A DNA stretch of 63,515 nt, filler included, from Sphacelaria rigidula (GCA_964200075.2; 8 parts of 8 records of this genome joined end to end with filler, not necessarily neighbours in it); one strand, 5' to 3'; shown: positions 1 through 12,251, counted from the whole stretch's first letter. Program-made: numbers and translations. The notes: generated by a model from the letters alone, not told the origin.

Positions 1-752
1 CGTTTTTCTGATTAAAACGTCGGGACGCATTTTCGCTAAAATGCCGTCCGTACTCTGGGACTTTCAGCGACCCTGCAGGCACAAGCTCAGTGAACTTAAA
101 CTTCACCTCTTCGCCTGCATCGCCATCGCCCGCCTTCCTGAGCGCTGCAATAGCTGCACGGAAAACGACGGTACTATCGGTCACCAATGATGTCTGAGTT
201 TGTCAAGCTCTGATGTAACTATTTGTTGGTAGTAGAGAGCTTTGGGGGTGCTGTAGACCCTAGCCACCATTGACTAATGCCGAGATAGCCCTCCCATAAA
301 AAGTGCCTCGGAGACCGTCCAACAAACCGGCTGCGATCCCACTATTGGGCTCGTCTGCAGCAATTTCACGCACATGAGAGGCTTGTAGCAGTCCGAAATC
401 TGCTATAACGCCCGAATGAGTCGCGTCGTGCAGCACGAAACAAGCTCTAACGGCATTTATGATCATCGCCTCCGCGCACGTTCTTGACCGGTTCGGGTGA
501 GAGCTATCTCGGCAGCAGTCGATTGTTCCTAAGGTTGGGGACATTGTGCAGATGGAGTTGCGGATCTGATTGCCGGACTCTGTGATGGGTGACCTTCATG
601 ACGTTTAGGCTTGGTTTCGCTACTCTGGTGGAGAGAGGCTATGGTCCTCTTCTCCTGTACTATGCTGAGGGTTAAAACATGGATAACTAAAGCTGCGGTA
701 GTCCATGTGCCCGTGATGGGAAGAGTCCACATGATGACCTGATCTTGAGTGA
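1..752 (-). mobile_element. Rearranged fragments of the same non-autonomous LTR element family as 3060-4939
   Basis: 1-128 nearly identical to 4337-4464 (gag-like); about 160-272 matches about 3708-3820; about 528-752 matches about 3824-4047. Confidence 0.75.
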
Positions 753-769
753 CAGGGTTCTACAAACCG

Positions 770-1010
770 AACGCTGCCCCACCGTCGGATCCGCATGGCC
801 AAAGCCGAGGCTATCGAGGCGCTCCTGTACGGGTGCGTCACATGGACCCCTCTCAACGCCTATGTGTTGCTCAGGCGCTGTCTTGGATGGCACACGCGCA
901 ATCGCACAGACCACGTTCTGTCATACCGAGAGACCCTCTCGAGGACATGGTCGGAAAGCATCGAGACGACGGTGAGGAAGGGGAGACTCCACTTCGCCGG
1001 TTTCGTCACC
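770..1010 (+). pseudogene. RTE-type LINE ORF C-terminal fragment
   Basis: Translation ...EALLYGCVTWTP...LLRRCLGW...DHVLSYRETL...IETTVRKGRLHFAGFV resembles the post-RT region of RTE LINEs; followed by a T-rich tract. Confidence 0.75.
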
Positions 1011-1962
1011 CCGACAAACACCCTTTACCCCCGGAAACGAGCCTGGCTCTGTTTTCTTGACTGTTGTATTCCTTTCCTTAAGTTTTAGTTTTCTATTTTT
1101 TCTATATTTTCTCTTCTTTCTTTCATTTTTTTATTTTTTTATGCACCCGCTCAACGTGCAGTCGGTAGTCCGCGTCTCAAGCAACGGTACAGGGCAGCTT
1201 TTTACACTGTGCAGAACGGGAAAGAGACACAGCACTAGTCTGTCAAAGCGGGAAGGCATGAGAGCGCGCCCACTGATATCACCACGGTAAGCACTGCTTT
1301 GGCTGCTGCTGGCATTGCTGTTGAAAAAGGCGAACATGCCACGCAGCTCGAGCAGACTGCACGCCGCTCAGCTGCCGCTGGTGCCGTTCACGAGCACGCT
1401 GGGCAAGGAATGGTGGCTGAAGCGGGTATATCTGATCCACCCGCTGCTGCCGCTGCTGTTGGAAGGGCGAAGCCAGTCTGCTCCGATGAGCTAGCGCTGA
1501 GGCCCTGGTTGCTTGTGGCCGCCGGACCAGCGCGTAATTGCGGAGACACCTTGCATGCTTACCTCTGCACGGGCGTGTTATCTTCGTGATGAGATTGAGC
1601 AGAGCAAGCTTGGGGCTTGCGATGCTCAGTTTGAGTCTACCTTCTCCAGTGATTCGGCGGGAGGTTGTTCAGATGATTCGCAGGGGCGTCTGCTTGCAAG
1701 AAAAGTGGATTCCGGGTTGGCGGACGTGGATCCGCTGGATTGCGTGCTGTTGCGGTCGTCGTACGCATTGCTGTTTACATGGACAGCTTTGGCGTGTTTA
1801 GCGGCGATGGCGGAGGTGTCTCCATTGTTGCGCCGAGGGGTGTTCGAGGAGAATAGTGTGCCATCAGTAGGTGTTGCTGTTCGGGACTGTGTAGCTGTTC
1901 GCGTTTCGTTTCTCTTTTCCTCTGTAAAACTGACTGAAGCACAGGTGTTCAGTACTGTGGAG

Positions 1963-2227
1963 TGTAAACCTGTCTGGAATCACAACAAGATCACAGTGCT
2001 GCTCCAGAGGCTTTCTCCCTATCACGGACTCCAGAGACTTCAAAACTCAAGCAGTTATACAAACAGCAGTCTTCGTTCACCAGGAGTAATCCTTTTTTGC
2101 TCCCCTCGCGAGCACAATATGCTAGGCGCTTATTAACCATCTTCCGATCGACTGTCACACAATCCAAACTGATATCCATATGCTACCATACTCCTCATGC
2201 TCGAGGTGCTACTGTACTTTCTTCACA
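1963..2227 (-). repeat. 3' LTR of host Gypsy element (about 265 bp)
   Basis: Minus strand begins TGTGAAG right after a TTGGGAGTGC PPT-like motif and ends GTTTACA; shares a block with the LTRs at 3060-3339, 4660-4939 and 6743-7026. Confidence 0.65.
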
Positions 2228-2390
2228 GCACTCCCAAGCTACGTTCTACTTAACGGTAGAAAACGAGCTTGATCATTGGTAGACACCGACAACAAATCTG
2301 GGATGTCAACAAAGAACGATCATGCAAACCACAACCAAGCGGTATACTATACGAACACCAATCGTATCCACGAGGTACCCAGACAACGAG

Positions 2391-3055
2391 TCACCGCTTG
2401 ATGTCATATTTGGCCGTCAGACGCTCCCGTACCTCCTTAGTCATTTTCAACTTCCGCAGTTCGGATCGTACAAACTGCGGCGCTCCTCTCCAAGTAACAT
2501 CCAATGGCTCCCATGAACTTTCATCCTCGTCGATACCTACCCATTCCAAACGTCCATCGTAGCCATCTCCTTCGTGCGCCTCAGATGTTCGGGCGATGGC
2601 TTCCATCTCACACTCTCGTTGAGCATATGCATGCTGGAACACCTCCTTCAGATCCGCGGTGACCTCCAGTTCGTTGTCCGCATTGTACCGAAGACGGACG
2701 ACATGCGCGTCCTTCACCTCGCCATTCACAATATTCTGAATCTCGTAGACATATTTTTGCTCCGCTGCCACGATCCTCCGAGGCCCTGTTCACGTACTTA
2801 CGAGTTTCGGCGTTGTTCCTGAGCGCCTAACCCTCGCAGCCAGCACATAACCACCCACAATGAAATTTGGCAACTGTACCTTACTAGCAACACGTCGTTG
2901 CAGTTCACGAGTCTTGTCAACACGGTGCGCCACCTCCTTGTGCAGCTTTTGCTGCGTCTCCACGACTGATGCCATCTTCTCCCGCAGCATGTCTTCATCC
3001 AGCACATCAAGTCGCCATTCGCCGCCGGTCGGCGATTCCAGGGTTGAAAACTTGT
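2391..3055 (-). pseudogene. Integrase C-terminus plus chromodomain
   Basis: ...FIVGGYVLAARVRRSG...KLVST (GPY/F-like region) then ...HVVRLRY...EWVGIDEDESSWEPLD; frameshifted. Confidence 0.85.
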
Positions 3056-3059
3056 GCGC

Positions 3060-4939
3060 TATAGAGCCCTCCTGGACTCAGAACAAGGTCACAAGATTGC
3101 TCTAAGGGCTTCCTCCCTCACTAGGGCCTGGAGACTTTAAGACAGTTGTTATTCATAAACACACAGCCTTCGTTATCGGAAGTAACCACAAGCGTTAGGC
3201 ATGTGGTGTTCAAATCCACATAGTCTGCCGATCAGACCCGCAAGTCCGTCAAGCAATAGAAAACGCCTACAGCAGATTGTTCCACTAGTAGATCATCATG
3301 AACCTGCACGTACGTGTACTGGAGGTGGACTACTCTACAGCACCCCCAAAACTCCGCACCACTCGAACTAGAACGCGAGTTTGACAAAACAGTAGACACC
3401 GACTATCATGTATGCTACCCTTGTCCCCCCGGTAAACGCTCGGCGCTAGCATTCTCCGCAAGAAATTCCTCCAGGGCACTCCATTGCCCTCGCCGTGCCG
3501 ATGAAGAGTCAAGAGACTTGTTTTGGGCGAAGGTTTGAGAATTTGGCGCTACCTATCGCTTTGTAACTCGAAGTGGTGCAAGTTGCGTGATAGCATGTTC
3601 ATGATGGACAATATTTTCGTGGGATATCCCTTGCGAGTTGTTCGGAATTAGGGCAAGCTTGTATTGAGCTGTTGTCGAAAGCAGCGGAAGAGATCGCTAT
3701 TATTTGCGGAAAACGACAGTACTATCCGGCACCGATGATGCCTGAGTTTGTCAAGCTCTGATGTAACTACTTGTTGGTAGTAGAGAGCTTTGGGGGTGCT
3801 GTAGACTCTAGCCACCATTGTTACCTAAGGTTAGGGACATTGTGTAGGTAGAGTTGCGGGTCTGATTGCCGGACTCTGTGATAGTGACCTCCATGACGAG
3901 TAGAGCCGATTTTGCCACTCTGGTGGAGAGAGGCTATGGTCCTGTTCTCCTGTACTATGCTGAGGTTTAATACATAAATAACTAAAGCTGCTGAAGTCCA
4001 TGTGCCCGAGATGGGAGGAGTCCACGTGGCAATCTGATCTTGAGTGACTAAAGTGTACACCTTCTACTCTTCCCATTGCAGTTTGCTCGTTGCGGGCCGC
4101 CAACGCTTTCCGAACACCAGCGGTAGCAACTGAAGGATCAATCTCTTCATCCTCCCAACACTTCGCGTGTCGGTCTAGTGCCTCCTTGAGATCATCTTCG
4201 TCAAGCACGGATCCGTCAAAAATCGTGCGTGACAAACACGCACGGATGTGTTTCGGCACCAGTTCAGTAACAGTCAGTAAGACGGCCTGCATGCTACGTC
4301 CTTTGTTGTTCATTTTGACCGCCTCTTCATCCTCGACGTTTTTCTGATTAAAACGTCGGGACGCATTTTCGCTAAAATGCCGTCCGTACTCTGGGACTTT
4401 CAGCGACCCTGCAGGCACAAGCTCAGTGAACTTAAACTTCACCTCTTCGCCTGCATCGCCATCATCCACTTTCTTACGCGTTGCCATAGCTACACGCAAC
4501 AATCCCAGCCAACCTAGCCGTCTCTCCTTTGTCAGCGAGTTCCCTCACTTTACAGAGTGCACACTCGTGTGTACAAACTTTGATACATTTTCTCTGCAGC
4601 TGCCCACAGCTGAAACACCTCTTCCAGAAAACAGCTGGTTCCTCTTAATAAACGTTTATTATAGAGCCCTCCTGGACTCAGAACAAGGTCACAAGATTGC
4701 TCTAAGGGCTTCCTCCCTCACTAGGGCCTGGAGACTTTAAGACAGTTGTTGTTCATAAACACACAGCCCTCGTTATCGGAAGTAACCACACGCGTTAGGC
4801 ATGTGATGTTCAAATCCACATAGTCTGCCGATCAGACCCGCAAGTCCATCAAGCAATAGAAAACGCCTACAGCAGATTGTTCCACTAGTAGATCATCCTG
4901 AACCTGCTCGTACGTGTACTGGAGGTGGACTACTCAACA
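3060..4939 (-). mobile_element. Non-autonomous LTR retroelement (1880 bp) with paired 280-bp LTRs and truncated gag-like ORF
   Basis: LTRs at 3060-3339 and 4660-4939 with about 8 differences by eye; minus-strand termini TGT(A/T)GAG...CTCTATA; GCGC TSD at 3056-3059 and 4940-4943; removal rejoins the host integrase (...MFGRAPR|TSF...). Confidence 0.9.
4060..4502 (-). pseudogene. Truncated gag-like N-terminus
   Basis: ORF 3831-4502 starts about 160 nt after the 5' LTR; the part below about 4060 runs into unrelated repeat sequence. The gag identity is inferred from position. Confidence 0.55.
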
Positions 4940-4943
4940 GCGC

Positions 4944-5700
4944 GGCGCCCGTCCAAACATCATATGGTATGGCGTACTGGAAGAGCGCTCGCGGAATGCC
5001 GTGTTCAATGCCCACTGTACGGCAGGCACGAACGTCGCGCCTCTCTTCTTGCAGCATGGCCTTCAAAGTACGGACACCGTCTCGCATCATCCTTTCACAC
5101 GTACCATTTGGCCACGGCGAGTTGGGAACCGCGAGCCTCCTGTCCAGCTTCAGCGCCTTCTCCAATGCTCGCAACACATGGTTCTTGAAATGCGACGCGG
5201 TGTCACTCACCCAGACCTCCGGCGGACCCAACGCCTTGCACCACGCCAACAGATGCTGCACCGTCGCTACAGCTGTACAAGACTCGGTGGGCTCCAACCA
5301 CAGGAAATTGCACAGACCATCCATCATTACAAATATGTACTTGTACCTGTCGCCTTCATCGAGGCCGCTCTCGCCCAGCGGACCACTTTCGCCAACGTAC
5401 AGATAATCAAAATGCATCACCTCACCGGGCCGTGTGCCATGCACTGTCTTCCCTAGTGGTTGCGGGACCGTCTCACCCGCTTTCGAGTCCACACCATGCA
5501 AGCATTTCCTCACAAAATCTATCACATGAGCTTCCATCCGAAACCAAGAGCAATACTTTTGCAGCCACTGCAGTGTCGCCACAACACCCCCATGGCTCGC
5601 CTCCTTCATGTGAGCACACACCATCAAGCGTGTTTTCAGCTCTTTTGCTTGCGGCGGGATTCACAACACATTCCGCCCTGCTACATGAACGCAAAATATA
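4944..5700 (-). pseudogene. Retroviral-type integrase core (HHCC + DDE)
   Basis: CAHMKEASHGGV...VRKCLHG...VMHFDYLY...WVSDTASHFKN...PWPNGTCERMMR. Confidence 0.92.
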
Positions 5701-6742
5701 AACTCTCGACGTCTTTCAAAACTCGCTCAACAGCTGCTGCAAAAGTAGGGACTCCAGCATCCATCACTCCGAACCTGGCTTGAGCTGAGCCTGCTTTCGG
5801 GCCTCACGAATAGCGTTCTTCGACGGCAGCGTTTCATCAGGCTGACCCCTCGCAAACACGGCCGCAGCACGCATAGACACTGCCGGAACATTTACCCACC
5901 TTGAAAGTGAATCTCCCCAGCAATTGCGCTCACCAGCAATGTGCCTGATGGGGTAATTGTACCGCCCGAGCACAGCTTTCCAGTACTCGAGCCTCTAGGC
6001 AGCAGTCTTAGACACGGATGCAACGTACGCTCCGGGATTGAAAGAATATGCTAGGTTACGATGGTCGGTGAAGATATGTACCCCACCCCATAGAAGATAC
6101 TCCAACTACGGAAGTACTTACGATTGCATAGCCTTCCTTGTCCACCGTAGCCCAACGAACCTGCGCTCCACGAAAAGTTCCGCTAAGAAACCCCATCGGC
6201 TCATGGCTCATGTCTTCCACTACCAATTTACCACCCAGCTCAACCTTCGGCACCTGAGTAAGAAAACTTACCCAGTGTAGATCCGATCCGTCTGGAAACA
6301 TGAGCACCTCATACCCCTGCTTGGGATATGACAGAGCGACAGCATGCGCCACCAAGTCTTGCGCCTCGTGCCACGCCTGAGCACGCCTGGGACGTCCATG
6401 CCGACCCCTCGATTATCCGATGTGACGCTACTCGCTTGGCACGGCGCACGTTTCCCTGCAGGTGTTCCTCTAGTAATACCCGCAACGGCTCCACCACCTC
6501 CGCCAAACGCGGCAGGGGCGTTCTCAGCCAGTTTTCCGCCTGCAGGAACTTCATAAGCTCGCCTGCTGAGCGCGGGCGCCTAAGATTGGCCAGCCCGCTC
6601 AGTCTCTGGCGGTCATGAGCCACTTGACCACCTGAAAAAACCTTTCCGTACCACGTGATCTGTGTTTCGTAGAACATGCACTTGTGCGCAATCGTAAATA
6701 GACCAGCATTCTCCAAACGGTCCAGAATCTCGTCAAGTGCAC

Positions 6743-7026
6743 TGTGAACCTCCCTGAAACCAGAACAAGGTTACAGTGCTGCTCCAGAGGCTACCTCCGA
6801 TCTCACGGGCTCCAGAGACTTCAAGACTTCAAGCACTTATACAAACAGCATTCTCCGTTAACCAGAAGTAGCCTTGCACCTCGTGTGAAAATATAATACA
6901 TCACAGAGTCCACGGGTCATACTCTCAGACCCGTTATCCATCAACCAGACTATCAACGCCTGCTATGCATTCTCTCTACTGCAGTCATGTACCGAATCAA
7001 GGTAATAATGTTGCTCGGAGTCTACA
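6743..7026 (-). mobile_element. 3' LTR (about 284 bp) of a third related LTR element inserted in the host RT; its internal 3' region continues from 7027
   Basis: Plus strand TGTGAAC...GTCTACA, flanked on the minus strand by the same TTTGGGGGTGC PPT-like motif; the host RT frame stops abruptly at 6742. Confidence 0.7.
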
Positions 7027-7852
7027 GCACCCCCAAAGCTCACTTACTACCAACAAGTAGTCATCCTAGAGCTTGGTAAACTCAGACACCATTGTTGCCG
7101 AAGTCTAGCATTTTAGACCTAGAATGGTAATCCCTACCGCAGTATACGATAATAGCCATACAAGCTTGTCCAATTTTCAAACCACTCGCAAGAGATCGAA
7201 AACGTCCATCATGAACACGCAGTCACGCTACTTGCATCGCTCCGAGTCACGGAGCGATAGCTGAAGCCCAATTGTCAAAACCATGCCTCAAACAAGTCTC
7301 CGGACTCCAATCCGGCAAGAAAATGTAAACGTCAACGAACTTGAATTCTGAAGCCATCGTGACAATTCTTCTCTCGCATTCGATACCGTTCAACATACAA
7401 ACTCCACTGTCGTACGTTTAACACCTGTGCAATGGAGTGCAACAGCCAAGCAACATACCTGAAACTAGAATCAAATAGGTACCCAACACGTCTGGAACGC
7501 AGCTGGCCTCTTTCTTTTTCAACTCCGTGAAAACGTATGCCTCGCACACCTCTTCTTCGTGGAAGCTTCATTACCCCACTCAACTCATGAGCATACTGAA
7601 AAAGAATCCATGGCTCTAACCGCTTTTCAAGCCATGTATACCAATCCAACGACGGCAAACGAACCCCGACCTTCGCCATCATTGATAACCCGTAGTGATA
7701 TCGTTCTAAAACTCGTCTTTACCGAGTACATCCCAGAAAGCATCCAGCTATAATATCCCAACTTGGATTGAGTCATCCTATGATAGGGGGGGGTTATTTT
7801 GGGCCATTTGTTGCTCGCAATTACGAGTCAGATCGTCGTTGAAAGCAGCAAC

Positions 7853-7952
7853 NNNNNNNNNNNNNNNNNNNNNNNNNNNNNNNNNNNNNNNNNNNNTTAA
7901 TTAATTAANNNNNNNNNNNNNNNNNNNNNNNNNNNNNNNNNNNNNNNNNNNN
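7853..7952. other. Artificial contig spacer (N44-TTAATTAATTAA-N44); first of seven
   Basis: Identical 100-nt spacers at 7853-7952, 15805-15904, 23757-23856, 31709-31808, 39661-39760, 47613-47712 and 55565-55664, exactly 7952 apart. TTAATTAATTAA stops all six frames. Confidence 0.99.
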
Positions 7953-7964
7953 GCTCTTAACCGC

Positions 7965-8180
7965 GACACATACTGCTTGCCACATCAGATGTACACCACC
8001 TAATGCGCACCCTGCACCTGAAAACAGACTATGAATATGAAACTTTCGGTCTTCGTCATAACCCTGCAGTTACATACGCGGATTTTCAGCAACACTTGAC
8101 TGTTTCGTTTAGACGCCAGACACGTAATTCCTGACAAGCCTCATTGGTCGTTCTGGAGGCCCGGTCCCGAAAGGATTAAG
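7965..8180. repeat. DNA transposon/MITE end, piggyBac-like; second copy at about 14720-14923
   Basis: Diverged direct copies; the second ends ...GGTCCCAAAAGGG-TTAA. Confidence 0.6.
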
Positions 8181-8517
8181 GGAAGGCTTGTAAAAAAACA
8201 CACATGTACCACGTCTAGTAAATATTTTCTTCGATCGTCCTGTCCCAGTCCCCTTCATTATTTTTCGCAAGGGATGGCTCCCGATCAGTATGCCCTTGTC
8301 CTCGAAGAAAACAACTTTCCGGTCTCAGAACGCGCACATGCCGAGAACGTTTTGCCTCGAAACAGCGCGTCCGGATCGTGTTCCTGTGGTGATAGCGATA
8401 CTGTCTCGTGGATCCAGTTTCTAGGCGGTGACAGCGCTGTATTTCCTCCTTCCATGTCGCCGCTAGTCATCTATTATATCACTGACACACTTGTGCTGTA
8501 CTTGGCCGTTACTTCAG

Positions 8518-11500
8518 AGGCGCTGGAGGATATTCTCTCGACCAGCGGAGGTTCAGTCGTACCCTGTCCTGCCACTGGCGTGAGCGTTACCGTAGACTTC
8601 AACGCCCCCGTCCGCTCCGTTTCCTACCCAGGTGAGTACAGTACAGGATGAGCTGCCGTGATTACAGCATAACGTATTGCGTCGATATCAAACGCCTCAT
8701 TCTTGTGCACTGTTGGTTCTTGTTCCTTAGTGGATCACGCAGCACCAGCATCGGAGACGATGTTCCTGCAAAGCATGTAATGCTGGACGTGATGCATCCC
8801 AAGAAATTCCGGTACAAGCACCCAACGGACGTCCGCTGTTTGGCACTCACTGTCTCGGGCTGAACAGGAAATATAGGCTAGTCCACTTGGTACCATCTCT
8901 CACTTGATTTGATTTTGATCGATTGTTGTACTTTAACTGACCCCCAGGGGTCCAGCCGTGGTCTGATGATGGACGTACCCAAGAAACGCGAAACTGAAAC
9001 ATGCTCTGAAGAAAAGAAGGGAGATGAAAAAAATAAATAAAGGTCAAACAGAACGGCCGACCTAAAACAAGAGAAGAACCAAAAAAACGGAAAGGAAGAG
9101 GAAATCACTGGAAGGGGGAATACAGGCTAGTCCACTTGATACCATCGCGAGAGCGTGTGAACATGAACCTGACATGCATGAAAACGCGAGACATTAATCA
9201 GCGCAGCTTTTGGTGTTGCTGATCCCACTTACCAACCCCCCTTCCCTCCCCTGAACGCCCCTAAATGAAACGCACCACAGGCGCGACCGTCTCGGGCAGC
9301 AGCGTGACCTTCACCATCGCCGACCTGGAGACTAACCCAACCCAACTCGACGCTACGTTGGACACCTGTGCCGTACCCGACGGCACAGCGGCAGTGGCAT
9401 CCGTCGACTACACGGACGACCAAGGCAACAGTCCCGATGTGTCGTCCTCGCTACAGGGCGGTGCCTCCCTTGAGATCGGATGTGATGATCCGATTGTGAC
9501 ACCTACCCCTCAGGGTTCCGTGCTCACACCTGCTCCTGCGACGCCTGCCCCGCAGCCTCTCCTGTCCACGCTAGCTCCGCAGGTGGTGTGCAGTATGCGT
9601 CGTTTGGAGTGGTTTAAGTACTCAGGTCACGATGGAGTGATATTTTCACACGAATGGAATTTTTGTGATACACAGCAGATGTTCCCTCAAACGCTTCGTC
9701 CAACGGCGGCCTTTTGATGGGGCGCGATGGGGATGGGGGCGGGGGAGGGTGCGTGTGTGTGTTACAGGTGCGTCGCCCGGTTCTCAGCCTGTCATCAGCA
9801 TACAGCATCTTCAGGAGACGGGCGTATGTAGTGAATTTTGAGCGTTAATAGGGGCGGTTTCCCGTTCATGTATGCCATTCAAGGGTCGGAAAAATCACTT
9901 GGTTTTGGTGTAATCGATTCGAATCGTACGCATCAACCCCCGGGCTTTGTTTCTAGCGTCGTAACCCAGATACACGCAGCCCAGACACGTGGAATGGCGC
10001 AGACGTTGCGTGGATACCCCTTAGACCAGCGGTCAACTTTTTTTCTCCCTTTTGGGCAATCAGGTCGAAGAAATCATGGATTTGGTGCTGCGAGCCCGTG
10101 ATGATTCGTCTTTACCGTGATACCATTTTTCAGCGGTGTTTAAAGTTGATCTATTCTAGACACCAGCGGTGCTTGAAATCCTGCAGTAGTGCTAAGCGCG
10201 CGGCCCGTGTGTCGACATGTTGTGCGCATGATGGAAATCTCGGTACATCACGGTATTTTTCTCTCGCCAGCGTTTTCCGTACGGCGTTATTCATCCGAAG
10301 CCGTGCTGGAGAGGTTGGCCGTTTCTGGTTTTGTTTCGTTAGTTTTTCATCGGGACCGTTTGCTCCCCTCTTTTTCTTCCACGTCTTCCCTGCCCTCTCG
10401 TGGACAATCATCACGACTGGGTCCCTCGGGGATCAATTGATTGTGCTACAACAAAATCAATCAATTAAAATTGCGAAATGCCTCACGATATATTTATGAC
10501 CAAGTCGTGCGACGCCATAAATGTTTTGAACGACACAATCAGGTGGTGGTGCCAATGGCTACCCGTGCTCCCGTGACACCGGCTCGCTCGCCTGCCCCCG
10601 CGACTGGTGAGGAATTACTTTCGTGTGGTGGTGATGTTTGGCGTTGGTATTAATTAATGGTCAACGTAAAATGGGTGTTCTTTTGTCTGATTATTCTGTA
10701 CATGCCGTGAATCCAACGAGTGTACCGCGGAAGACCTTGCGGTGCCGGAAGAACCTCGAAATGACCCCAAGACTGGTAATGACGTTCCGTTAGTTTCCGA
10801 TCGCGTTGGTCGGCATGTCGAACACGTATGGGAAGTAGGGGAGAGATCGCTCAACGCACTTGGGTGGGCGATTCGGTTACATACGCCTCAGACCCTACCA
10901 AGAACAACCTTGGGAAGGTGAATCAACCGGTTGTGCGCCTCGTTTGCCACCTAAGACGAGTGTATACGATAGCACATCTGGACGGCCTGTTGGCGGAAGT
11001 GCGAAATTGTCTATTGTTACGCGTGCACGATGCCAATGCGACTGTTGAACTATTATCTCATATTTTGATCATGCAGAATGAATGCTCGTGCAGTAGAGGT
11101 GTCTGAACACGTTGCTGTCAGATAACTGACGTAATATTCGAAAGCTGTAGGCATGATCTGTAACGTAGCTTGGACCCTCCAGCCGAGGGCTTCATCCACA
11201 TTACGGGTCCCCCATCACTTCCAGTGTACCGTGTTACCTGAACACATATATTTCGAAAGCTCGAAATCGGTGCTCATTCAGGCTGTAGAGGTCGTGCGCA
11301 TGATCACTGCCTCACAGTAGATGATCAGTTTTCTTTTTACACTTGCTGCGATGAAAATTGTTTTTTAGCGTTTCAAAGTTGTGCTCATGCATACTGCAGA
11401 GGTGTATATGGTTACTGTCTCGAACAATTTTCCGGTTTTTCTTTCCCTCTTTTGTCCCCTCCGACACAGCTCCTCACGCGGGTGGCGGAGAGAAATGGGA

Positions 11501-12251
11501 CTGAGTGAATATTTACATGCAACAATGTTCTCGTGAGATTGAGAGAGCGCAGATTCAGAGTGGCTTCGATCATTCGCTTTAACTTCGCCGATCTTTCATT
11601 CCGTGTGTGCTCTTCTTTGCCTCCATCACTCCCATGTGCTTACTGCTACACGTCGATATCCTACTCGGGGATATCAAGCGCCCCAGTGGCAAGCTACTAC
11701 AGAGAGAATATCGGGCCTCATGAAGGAGCATTTTGGAACTGAAACGATTCATTCACTGATTGACCGCCTTTCACTCTCAATCGCATCCTCTACTCTCGAT
11801 CTCACGAGGACATGTTTCATGCCTTTGCATAACCTTATGCACCTATATTTCATCCTTCCAAGCAATGATTCGCGTGCATATTCAGTGCAACCGGGTGAAA
11901 TCCTCACTTGATGTCGCGTGATGTATTATTCACGTGGCAAGTTTTCGTACCAACATGCACCCCCGCGATATGCGGCTGGATGTGCCATTCTTGAGGGAGA
12001 TGGTCTCTACAGCCATGCAGACATTCTGTGCACGGTATATAATTCAAGAACTGGTTGCTTTCCGGTTTTCTTCCTGTGCTCCCCCGCCACCACAGGACCC
12101 TCCGTCGGCGGTGGCAACAGTGACTGCTCCGTGTGCTCTGACCTATCGCCTGCACAAGAAGAGGCCTTGGCTAGCTACGACAACGGCGGGAAGCGTGTCG
12201 TGTGTGATCCCACTTGCGTCGACGGCGTTTCAGACCCTTCCCACTGCAACT
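8518..12251 (+). CDS. Partial multi-exon gene for a probable extracellular/cell-surface protein with a Pro/Thr-rich linker and Cys-rich segment; exons 8518-8631, 9281-9582, 10543-10606, 12096-12251
   Basis: AG/GT boundaries with matching phases (1,0,1). Spliced peptide ...ALEDILSTSGGSVVPCPATGVSVTVDFNAPVRSVSYPG-ATVSGSSVTFTIAD...TPAPATPAPQ...VTPARSPAPATG-PSVGGGNSDCSVCSDL...VVCDPTCVDG...HCN. Localisation is inferred. Confidence 0.8.
8898..9118 (-). mobile_element. 5'-truncated retroposon (LINE 3' UTR/SINE) with (ATCA)n-type tail and 28-bp TSD
   Basis: Flanked by 8870-8897 and 9119-9146 (26/28 identical). Related 3' ends (…CGGCTGGA…GGATCAGTTAA…ATCAATCAAT) at about 10410-10470, 33415-33485, 52405-52460 and 60935-61000. 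Confidence 0.75.

Larger units (their letters stand above)
1963..6742 (-). mobile_element. Degenerate Ty3/Gypsy chromovirus-like host element (RT C-term, RNase H, integrase, chromodomain, 3' LTR), interrupted by nested insertions
   Basis: Minus-strand order RT (6309-6716; KCMFYETQITWYG), RNase H (6056-6355; MFPDGSD...WATVDKEGYAIV; HIAGERNCWGDSLSR), integrase (HGGV, HFDYLY, VSDTASHF, NGTCERM), chromodomain (2391-2771; EWVGIDEDESSWEP), with frameshifts and stops. Confidence 0.9.

Noticed and set aside
1290..1950. GC-rich ORFs 1299-1589 and 1513-2136
   Set aside because: No recognisable domain or consistent splice pattern; the longer ORF runs into an LTR.
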